64,000 nucleotides of DNA from Cystobasidiomycetes sp. EMM_F5 (Eukaryota): the NCBI GenBank assembly GCA_051047955.1, contig JBPGPT010000042.1, forward strand, positions 1-64,000, given 5' to 3'. A program made the position numbers and the translations under genes. Shown here piece after piece: positions 12,968 through 23,501 of the stretch (positions within the stretch are counted from its first letter, which is position 1; the number at the start of each line of letters is the position of its first letter). Under the pieces are notes generated by a model. It was not told the origin of the DNA. It did no database searches and was given only the letters and a program-made list of their open reading frames with translations.

Positions 12968-13139
12968 TGTACGCAATCTTTTCCCTTCTTTTTTCGCTGG
13001 CCGACGTCTACTCTTGCGGTGTACGCGCTGCTATCGCTGCATTATCATATACTTCAAACCACTTTCAGCACTCATGTTGGTCGAAAAGCGAAACTTGGAC
13101 GAGGCTTGACTTTGCGACGACTTGGAGGTGGAACTCTGG

Positions 13140-15512
13140 ATGAATATGATGGACAATGGCAATGCAATGGCTGCGAGTATGGAGAGCAAGGAGGAAACCG
13201 CTCGAGTCAAGCGGAGCAATCCTCATTTGAACGACGACAACGGCGCAAGTTTGGATATTGGATTTGACGCGGAAAGACTGGGCAAGCGAGTCAAGATTGA
13301 AGATGATTTGGACTCGAAGAATGGCTTCAAAGTCGAAGAGACACCCGCACATCCTTCCGCTGACCCGTCGTCAATGCCAGACGAAAGTCCTGTAGCTGGA
13401 CCATCCTCCCCGACTGACAGGCGCAAGCATAATGCGCAAGGCAACAGAGACGGAAGAGACCATGAAGGACGAGGTCGCAACAAGACGAATACCCCGTCCA
13501 AGCAGTCGAAATTCGATTCCAGAGCCAAAGTAAACCGCATCAGACAGAAACAAGGCGATACGCAGGTTAAACCAGTCAAAGTGAAGAAGGAGAACGACGA
13601 CGATGGCGATAATGACAACGACGAAGGTGGCTCATCCAAGCTGCCCAAAAAGAAGGTAGCTATGCTCATTGGCTACCTGGGAATCGGCTATTCTGGCTCG
13701 CAAATGTGTGAAGTCGTGTCTCATACAAGATGACACCGCCTGACTCGACTTGTTTTGTGTATTAAGCAACCCGGGCGTCAAAACAATCGAGTCGGAGGTG
13801 TTTGAGGCTTGTGTCAAAGCTGGGTGTATCAGCGAGGATAACTCCGACAACACAGCCAAAGTTTGTGATTCTATGCTGTCCATTGCTGAGTCGTCTATCT
13901 TACCTTTGGCCATTTTGCCATACTTTCAGGTCGGCCTCATGCGTGCTGCTCGAACAGATGCCGGCGTGTCCGCCGCAGTCAACGTTCTCAACCTGAAACT
14001 GATACTGTCCCCGCCATCCAAACCGCAAGACGTGACTCTGGAAGCCCATATCAATGCCTTTTTGCCGCTCTTCATCCGGGTGTGGCGTGTCATTCGCGTC
14101 CAGGGCGCATTTCATTCACGTACAATGTGTGAATCTCGCATCTACAACTATTCGCTACCAACGTATGCCTTCCTCGAACCTAAAGACGGGACGCTCATGG
14201 CCGAGCGCATTACATGGAGAGACGAGCTCGAGAGGAGCGACAGCTGGTGGTCTCAGCACACCGCAGTACCACTTACATCCGACACTGTTGCCCCGGTTCC
14301 TCAAGACGGTCCGCCGATCCCATTAGCGGAATCGCACAAACTTGCTGCTACAATAGCTGCAACGCAATCCGACGAGGTAATAGCGCCAGTAATGGAAGCC
14401 GAATCAGCCGCCAAACCTACAGTCTCTGCCTTTGCTGCCGATCAAAAACTGCGGCGAACGTTTCGAATCTCTCCCGAACAGCTGTCCAGGGTAAAATCTG
14501 CCCTTGAAGCTTATCTGGGCTCCCACAACTTTTGGAACTTCACGGTCGGCAAGGAATTCAGCGATCGGTCATGTCAGCGTGTCATCAAGGGTGTCGAGGT
14601 GTCTGAGCCCTTCATGGTGAATGATACCGAATGGCTTTCGCTCAAATTCCACGGGCAAAGCTTTATGCTGCACCAGATTGTACGAATGACCCTATGAAAA
14701 ATCTGCGCATTACTGATGCGGTCTGTAGCGCAAAATGGTCGGGCTTGTCATCATGGCCGTTCGAACGCACACTCCTCCCTCATTGATGTAAGTAAGGCGT
14801 CATCTTTCCATTTTGATAACTGACTGCCGTAATTTCGGCCAGTCCTGAAACCTTTGGACCCATACGCCTTAATCTCCCCAAAGCTCCTGCTCTTGGACTC
14901 CTGCTGGAGCAGCCATTCTTCGGATCTTACAATCGCAAGATAGCAGATTCGAATGCGCATGCAGCGGCAGTTGCTCGTCGAAAGGAGGCAGAGAAGAAAG
15001 CGCAGGCAGCACTCGAGGCTAAGCCGCTGAGCGATCCTTCAATCGATCCGAAAGACGAAGAAGCTGATCTGCCAGAAGTGCGAGAAGCGCTGGACATTCG
15101 GCCTGTAGTATCTTTGGTCGAAGCGTTCAAGCATGAGATCGTCTTCAAAGCCATGTTTGCGGAAGAGGAGAGAGATGACACCTTTGCAAAGTGGATAAAT
15201 TTGCACGACTCGCAAATTGGACCAGATTTCGAGTGCGTTCGGTGGATGTTCACGACGCGGCCTTTCGTTCTGCTGAAGTTATTGATGTATAGCTACCTCA
15301 ATGCGAAAGGCGTGATACCACAATCCCTCAAGGTCAAAAAGAAGGTTACCGCTGCTCCCAAAACGGCAGCGGACGCATCTGCCCTAGCTACTAATGCGCT
15401 TTCATCGAATGAGTCTAGTCTCGCCCCGAATGTCAATGCGGGAGAGGATGAGGAGGACTTAAAGTTGCTGAGCGAATATACCGGGAAGCGATCGGCAGAT
15501 TTAGACGGATGA
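13140..15512 (+). CDS. PUS1: tRNA pseudouridine synthase (TruA family, Pus1)
   Basis: KKKVAMLIGYLGIGYSGSQ, AARTDAGVSA (catalytic Asp), YLGSHNFWNFT, GQSFMLHQIRKMVG and PKAPALGLLLE. Multi-exon. Confidence 0.93.
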
Positions 15513-15710
15513 AATTGGAAAACCAGTCCTCGACGGTCAACTCTACCGCCATACTTCATACTTGGCTGACAATCATTGACACCTGCCTACAAAACGAGAT
15601 CGAGCTGTAATGACTATGCCCACACTGACCTTCATCAGATTTCATGGCTTTCTAACAATTAACAAGCAGACACTACTGCAACTGCAACTGTAACTGCAAA
15701 TGAAGATCGT

Positions 15711-17877
15711 CTAGATGTCCACAAAGTCACGCAAATTCACGTTCGGGATCTGCAGTATGGTGGAAATGATTCATCACTAATCGTCTCAAAATTCCTTAGA
15801 TGTACACCTACGATATACGGTTGAGGGCCCTTCTGCCTCACAAGCGTCGCAGCTTCCCATGCGCAGGCATAAGCAATCAATTTTTCCTCGCTAAAATGCT
15901 TGCCGATGAACGAAATGCCGAAGGGAATGTGTGGCCCAGCTTGCACAAGATTTCCCTTTACATTGTATCTCACTACCGTGTCGGTCGGGAAAAAGCCCAG
16001 TGGGACCGTCACGACAGGGTGTCCTGTGATCACCACATATCATTCTTAGTTGGCGTGCTCAATAGTTTCGGTTGCTTCTTCTGCAGAACTTACCAGCTAT
16101 AGCCGCAATGCCAGAAGCTATCGAAGTAGGCAGGATGATCGCATCGAGGCCGTAGCGGTCGAGGACTCCGTCGATGGCTTGCTGCCCAATTTTTCTGTCA
16201 AAACCTACCGCATCCAGATATTGCGCGGAATGCAAAGTCAGGTTCAGGTCTAGCAAATGGGTGAAGCGCCCTATGTCTCGATCTTCATATTCCTCCTCCA
16301 CGGTCTTCTTGGTGAAGTCTATGAGACCATGAATGTCTATAATCTGTGACGGGTTATATCGCAGTGTCTTGAAGTAGCCTGCAATTCCGTCCCGAAACTC
16401 GACAGCCATCACGAGGCTCTGCGTAGCGTGTCGTCAGTCCCTGACTGGCCCCCCTGTGGTAATGTCGACAGTGTAACAGACCTCAGTCTCGAGAGTGGCG
16501 TTGATTGCCTGCTCGCCGCAGGGGAAATTTGCCTCTTGTAGGACAGAAGTGCCGGCGCTTTCCATGATACTCCATGACGCGTTGAAAGCTGTCCAAATGT
16601 CCGCATCAGGCTGCTGAAATGCGATGAAAGAGGAGGGTATGCCGATGCGGGCGTTCTTGAGGCCTGACGTTTGACAAGCTTGTGCATAGTTCGGTACTGT
16701 GTCAAAAGGTATCGCCGATGTGAGTTTGTCATTCTGATCTTTTCCAGCCATGACGCTCAGAAGTGCAGCAGCAGTTTTGCAGTCCCGTGCCATTGGCCCG
16801 ATCTAGAGGCTGATCAGCTTGTAAAGACTGGTCAGCAGGAGCAGCACTTACTGTATCTTGCGTATTTGAAATTGGAATAGCGCCGTGGCGAGATACAAGA
16901 CCAACCGTAGGTTTGATTGCGCATAACGCGCTGAACTGCCCTGGAGAGATCTACGAAAATCACGAACCTCAGCTTGTAGCCTTGAATGGCTTGTGTCGCA
17001 CTGACTATTGACCCGTCTGTCTCGCTTCCAATAGTAGCTACAGCAAGACCGAGCGCTGCCGCAACGCCCGAACCGGAGCTTGAGCCTGATGGATCCTGGT
17101 TGGCATAGTAGACGCCGAGGCCTTGACCGCTTCTCGCACACCACCCGTTGGCTCTTTTGGTGTCATTAGACGATCGCCAGTTTGCCCATTCCGACATGCT
17201 CGTCTTGCCCAACAGGATGGCTCCAGCTTTCAGCAGGTTCTTAGTGACAGTAGCGTCACCAGCAGGAATAGATCCGAGTAAGGCATACGAGCCAGCCGTA
17301 GTATTCATGAAAGTTTGGCTGTGGGGAGGGCAGTCAGCTTATTGTGGGTAGAACTGTCGGCAAGCTGTACTGACTTGGGGCGAGCGGTCGCTATGTTGTC
17401 CTTGAGAAGGATAGGGATGCCATGCAGATTGCCCAACGCAGCTGAATTGCTTGCACGCATCTCATCTGCAATCGCAGCGTCGTGCAGCGCATGTGGGTTC
17501 ACTTCGATGACGGCTCGAACGATAGAATTGACTTGTGCGATACGTCCGAGATATGCTTGACTTAGCTGGACACTTGTGAAGCGTCGAGCTTCGAGCCCAG
17601 CGGCCACATCGTCCAGCGTAGCTGTAAACAGATCCACCACCGGTTCTTTCGCCGCAGTCCTGCCAGGGTACAGCCAAAAAGCAGCCAGCGCGACACATGC
17701 GGCGCCCAGGAAGCCTATGAGTACCCTGTTGAGCCCAGGGTACGGCCTCGACATTGGCTGCGGGCCAGCGGAAGAAACTGGCATTATCCGCCAACCTCCA
17801 GCAGCAGGTTCAGCGGTTCTGTCAGCCTCGTCAGTACCATCTTGCGGTCCTTTAGATTCAGCCTTGCTGTCCGACAT
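15711..17877 (-). CDS. Amidase-signature family enzyme with an N-terminal membrane anchor
   Basis: LHGIPILLKDNIAT, NTTAGSYALLGS, AGAILLGKTSMSEWAN, DPSGSSSGS and IGSETDGSI (Ser-cisSer-Lys triad). C-terminal PFGISFIG. Multi-exon. Confidence 0.9.
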
Positions 17878-18209
17878 GCTTGTATCGCTTGAAAAGTCGG
17901 GCTGTCCAGCGCAGAATCAGTATCAGTCTTCAGTCAGTCCTGGCAAAGGTATTCAGACCTTCTGCGAGCGATGCCGCAAGTCGGAATGAGATGTACAAGT
18001 CATTTCTTGGACGGAAAAGCGAGCTCAAGTCATTTGGGCGTTGGATGGTCGAACGCCGTTAAGCGAGGTCTAGTCTCCACCTTCCTGCCATTCATTTCAG
18101 TCAACAACAAGAATCTACGCCATACTCGAGCACTGCAGGACTATCCACTTCATCCCATATACCGCGACTCACGCCGGACCACTTCTGATTTTCTCGCACA
18201 CTTCTTTTA

Positions 18210-21069
18210 CTATCCCGACAGCGGGATGGAGCTCGCAGTCAACGGCATGGACGCTGTCGTTGGGGTCGTCTCGCCGTCTCGAGCAGAGAACGCACTCGGC
18301 GTGCCCGTAATTTGCGGGATTGACGGCGGAGGCATCAGCGGGGCAGACACGCTGGCCGAAGTGGGCGTGCTCTGCTGCGATGAGCTCGAGACTTTACCCA
18401 CAAACCAGCTTGGGGTCCACCCTCGGTCGCCGTTGGATTCCTTGATGACGTAGCTCCAGTGATTGTACCGCTTAAACACCCGTAACCTGTCCTCCTTCTT
18501 CATGGTAATCTCGTCGCTGCCTCTAGGCGTATAGTCCATAAGAGCTATCCCAGGTGTGGAGACTGAGAGGATAGAGCTAGGCGGTATAGGTACGCTCGAT
18601 GGCACTGGCGAAGATGCGAAAGAGGCTGGCGATATGTTCATCTCTAACAGGCATCCCTGTGGCACCCAGCCCGAGCGAACAATATCGCTGTCCTGCGTCG
18701 CCGTCGTGTCACGGTGAACAACCCACCAGCCTTTAGTCTGCAGGTTGTAAAGTCAGCAACGGACGTAACGCCGACTCGTATATTGTCGACTTACTTTGTT
18801 CAGGATCACAAACGTGTCACCGACAGTGACATCGAACTCATCCTCTCGATCCGCCAGATATGGGTAGATGGCAATGGCGTATGCCTGATCTTCCAACAGA
18901 CTTGACTTTTCGCCACTATCGTCCTTCCCGTCAGGGCCGACATTTGGACTGCTCGGGCTTTTAGCATGACTGACAGACTGGAGCATCACAGGATGATGTA
19001 ACCGAGTCGCCCTGCTAAACTCGCGAATAGGTCCTTCCACCCCATCGCCAGTCACTTGCTTGCCTTCCTTGATCCGCTTTTCGCGTCGCGTGGCGTGTTT
19101 GGCCAGAGCAGCAACTATGGGTTGTTGGATGTCTTTGATGTGTCGAAGCATGAGCACCGGACTTTGATTGGTATCTTTGAGCTTTTGGAAAAGAAGGAGG
19201 GGCTTTTCGTCGTACGACAGACAGCGCTCTGTTATACAGAATCTTCAGTGAACATCCTGTTCTTGCAACAGCTCGGCTACCCACCATTCGAGCCATAGCA
19301 GATGAAAAGAGCATACAGGCGCCAGTCGTCGTTGATGCGATACTTTCGCATAGCTGCGGGTAGCACTTTATAGCACGGATCGTCGTAAGTGACTCGGAAG
19401 TTCTTGTACGGGTTCTCAATACTGTGTCCGTTCTTATCGCGCTCCTTGCCGTCCCTCTCCCTGGCGTCACTGCGAGAAGATGATCCTTCCCGACGGTCTC
19501 TGCCAGATGGTCCGGATCGAGGTGAGTTCGATGCGCTGGGCCGAGTAGCGTGCAGACCATCGTTGAGAATGTTACTCGCACTGATTGGAGGTACGAGCAT
19601 GTCGGATTGCGTAGGCGTTGGAGCGAGCTGTAGATCGTCTTCCTGAGCTTTACCACGCCCGTAGCCTCCGCTGTGAGACATTGCAACGCTGGTCGCTGTT
19701 GATGACTGTCCAGGCGGACCTAAACTCTGCGAAGTGAGTGATATCGATGTTGGAAGAGGACTGACGGCCGATCCGCCTAAATGCAAGGGCGAGACCAGGG
19801 CATCACCGTGTCCACCCACGCCCGTCGTGAGAGCATTCATGTTGCGAGGCCGTCGAAGCGAGCTGGAGTGTTGCAGCAATGACGTACCAGACGGGTTGGC
19901 AGATCGAGACCCACTCGCTTCCTGGATATCAAGAAGAGGGACCCCTGTCGAAGCTGCAGAGGCGATACCGGTCGGATCACTACTTGATGGCATATACCCT
20001 CGCCTTGTCGGACTGTTGACGGGGCTTTGGGATGGTGATCCACCGTTTGCTGTACCTATGGCTCGTTTGTGAAGCGAGTCTGATCGTACATGCTTCGCAG
20101 CGGGAAGCTGCCCTTGTGCGGTGTTGCTGTTGGTCGGGAATATGTGCGAAGTCGGAGAGTGCTGTGATCGGAGACGGTTGATGGAGACCGGAGGTTCCTT
20201 TGCATGCAGTCAATATCTGTTTGATGCAGATGGAGTTGTAGATGCGCACCTTTGTATACAAGGTCTTGGAAATGACGTGCACCTCATCGCGCACGCCAGA
20301 CATATGGTCGGCCAGCTGCTGTATCGACTGCTCCAGGGCGCGAATGCGTTCGTCTGTCAATAAATGATCAGTGGATGATGCTGTATATGTATCGTCGAAA
20401 ACAAACCTCGCTCCCTCAGCATTTCGTACATTCTATCTGGAGGAATCACTCCGGAAGGACTGTCGAGCATGACCTGGTCGATAAACTCGGCTGTTTGTAA
20501 CGCGGCCATGTCAGCGGTTTGATGAGGCATGTCTTTTGAACATGAGCCTTACACGGCGGAACCCAGTGACCCTCCTCAATAGGCACGTCATGCTGAAGCT
20601 TGAGATTGTAGACGGCCTTGAGGATTGCGAGACGGTGGCCCTGGAATGTATGCGGCCATTGATCAACCTCATTCAGATGAGTATCGCCGCTGCATCACTT
20701 ACGACGCTGTGTATCCCTACATCTTTGAGCGCTTCGTGGTCCAAATGAACCAGGATCTCTCCGGTGATGCCGTGTTCTGGCGGGGGGTGTCAGTAGTCAT
20801 TAGCAGGTCGTTAGTAGGTTGATTATAATCGATTGTAATCATCGTCAGGGTCAGTATCAGCGTTAGTTATCAGACTGCCCGGCTCACCTTTGATCTGAGC
20901 TTCGTACGACTGGAACCCGAGCGACGACAGGAACGCGTGCACCTGGTCTTCCTCCCACAGCAGGATAGTCTGCGGGGCAGGCCATTGTTAATGGCGTTAG
21001 AGATGGCATTAGAAATGGTTTCTAATCCAGCGCCAGTCTGGTAATCAATCCGACATTCACCCCGTCCAT
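18210..21069 (-). CDS. STE50: MAPK adaptor Ste50/Ubc2 (SAM + RA + two SH3 domains)
   Basis: Spliced SAM domain MDG|TILLWEEDQVHAFLSSLGFQSYEAQIK|EHGITGEILVHLDHEALKDVGIHSV|GQRLAILK. RA domain FRVTYDDPCYKVLPAAMRKY. SH3 domains AIAIYPYLADREDEFDV..GWVPQGCL and ALMDYTPRGSDEI..GWTPSWFV. Confidence 0.92.
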
Positions 21070-21330
21070 GATGGCCAGACGCCAGCAGCCCTTTTCCGAC
21101 GATATCGCGTACCCTCAGGATGCAGCCATCCAGCAGTCAGACTGAAGTCGATGGCAGCGTTGGGATGGTTCAAAGATATGGACTTCAAACAACGGGACAT
21201 GGCCGGTGGGCCTCAAACAACGAGCAGATGGGCATCTTTGCATTGCAGCGTGCGGTGTTTGAAATAAACGACAACGAAAGGACGGCCAGATTGGACGAGC
21301 CTTGCGAAAGAACGGCCCACTCACGACGTG

Positions 21331-22719
21331 TTAAACGGCTAGAATGGCCATTGCAGCAGCCAACGCCATCAAGACGACCGAAATACTCCTCCTCAGCATC
21401 TCGCAAGCCGCATTCACCCCAGGCTTGCCAGTCTGTCCAGCCGCTGCAGCTGCACCGGCTCCTCCAGGAGTAGGAGTAAATGTAGTCGTGCCATACGTTC
21501 GCAGAGGATCAACAGCCGTGACAATACTCGTCGGGAGAGTCTTTCCACTCGTAGCGTAGTACCGCGCACTCTCGCTCGCCAGGGCAGTCGACTCTGCGGC
21601 TTGGTTATAGGTGAAGTAGGAAGCGTCGCCAGGTGTACCGCACGTCCCGATGGGCGTGTAGTAGAGGTCTACGCAACGAGACGACTCAGTGCCGTCAAAG
21701 TCAGTGCGTTGTCGATCTCTTACAGTGATCTGCCTCGTTATCTCCACCCCAGCACTCCCTTACGCTACAAACAAATTAGAATATAAGCAGTCGTTCCTCG
21801 AAACATAATCATTTTCTCACCGATTCCCACCTGGTGTCGACTGACAGACGTAGAAGTCCTGTCCGTAAGCCGGGTTTGTACCAAAGAGGTGGATGCCGGT
21901 ATCGACAAACTGATATCCATCGTTGGGGTTTGTGTCATTCGCGAGTGGAATCATCTGCGGGACCGAGTCTCCGTTGGCGACTGTCCTTTGCGACGCATCG
22001 CCAGCGAAAAGGGAGTTCCATTTGTCTGCCGTAGCTTGGTTGAAGACTGCTGGCGATCCGAAAGTACTCGTGCTAAAGAGCAGTCCACGGGCCTTCAAAT
22101 CCAGCGCCGCAACCTGTGCAATCATCCCGCCGCTTCCATGACCGGCCGACGACCACACGAGGGAACCTTGATTCTGCTTGATGGCTGCAAAGTCGTTTGT
22201 TGCGACTTGTACCTCCTTCCACGCTTCATAGGCGCCAGTGTGCACGAGACAGTTTGCACCCGCTTTACACTGCGCTTCGGGAAAGGGTCTCAGCCTGGCG
22301 TCCCAGTTCTGCCAGCCATAGTCCCCTTTGTAGACGGCGAGAATCTTGTTCATCTCTGGCACTTTGACAATGTAGCCTGTCGAGCGGTATTTAGGAGTGG
22401 GTCCCCAGGTTCCGAGTATCTGGAAGGGTGGATTGGTGTTGCCGGGGTACTGACGCTGGAGTGTCTCGTTTGTGAAAACTTTTGGACATTCTGTTGCAAA
22501 ATCGCCGTACGCCGACATTGCGAGTAAGCCGTGGTCTGTTTATTTTCTTCGTCAGTCTTGAACAAACATCCCATCAAGAACGCCGTACTTGCATCTGTTG
22601 TGAAAGTAGAATGAGTTTGTGCCGTAGCCATTCCAGTAGTCGGGTATGGTCGTCTGAGCGTGGACGAGGCTCAAGGTGAGTGCGGCGACGGCCAGGCGCG
22701 TCATAAACATGGACGCCAT
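21331..22719 (-). CDS. Secreted, probably GPI-anchored class-3 lipase-like protein lacking the nucleophilic Ser
   Basis: Signal peptide (RLAVAALTLSLVHA). Lipase-3 blocks VHTGAYEAW, AGHGSGGMIAQVAALDL, TFGSPAVFN, ANGDSVPQM and ADH. Ser/Thr/Ala linker and hydrophobic C-terminus VVLMALAAAMAILAV*. Confidence 0.8.
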
Positions 22720-23501
22720 ATTGGAATGGGACTCCAAAGTGTTGGACTACTTGTCCAGGATTGAAGTAAGACTGCAAATTGTTGCTTAATTGTCCAGGAT
22801 TGCCAGGTCAGATTGGGAGCCCGCCGTTGACGATGCTGCCAAAGGTGTTTGGGCGTAAATGAGTGTAAATGAGTGTGGTCCGCGAGTGCCGTGAGGGTTG
22901 ATATCTATTGCATGTCCATCAAGAATGGTCGTGTCGCTCGAATGGTCAGTAGCTTGTAGAGAAGTTTTCAATGAAACGAGCTCCAAGGCCGCTCAACGAG
23001 GTGGATGGTCTGGTCGCAGGAGAAGACGTGGAAGGGTTTGAAGTGGTGGATATTCTCGCAGCAGTGGGATCATCACTCCTCACTGCTCGAAGCTTGCCGA
23101 GTGGAGCTGAAAGATGCGAGAAAGAAAGAAAGAAAGAAGAAAAAGCAGATATCGCTCAGACGGCAGACCTGCATGGATGGGTCAGGATGTCAGCACGAAC
23201 GGCGTCTAGACTATGGACACTCTGCCAGGATGTGCACCATCAGCGCATCCACTCGCCATTCATTTCTCCGCAATGAGATTGTAAATCAGATTAGAATAAA
23301 TCAGCAAATGATTAGCCATTCCTCAGCCATTCAGTCAGTTATTCAGCTCGTCAGCCTTTCTCCAACCATCCATCACTCAGTCTTTAGTTTTACTTTAATG
23401 TTTATAATATCTCTGGCATGCTTTGACGCGTCGATAAACAAAACCAGCCTGGATTAGCGACAACCATCAGCAGTAAATATGAAACATCAGCATCCCATGA
23501 C

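Noticed and set aside
13945..13985. PUS1 motif RTDAGVSA rather than RTDxGVHA
   Set aside because: The catalytic Asp and the other TruA motifs are intact, and Ser at this position occurs within the family.
372..21069. Mating-type locus suggested by the MADS factor and STE50
   Set aside because: No pheromone precursor, STE3 receptor, homeodomain pair, STE20 or STE12 was recognised.
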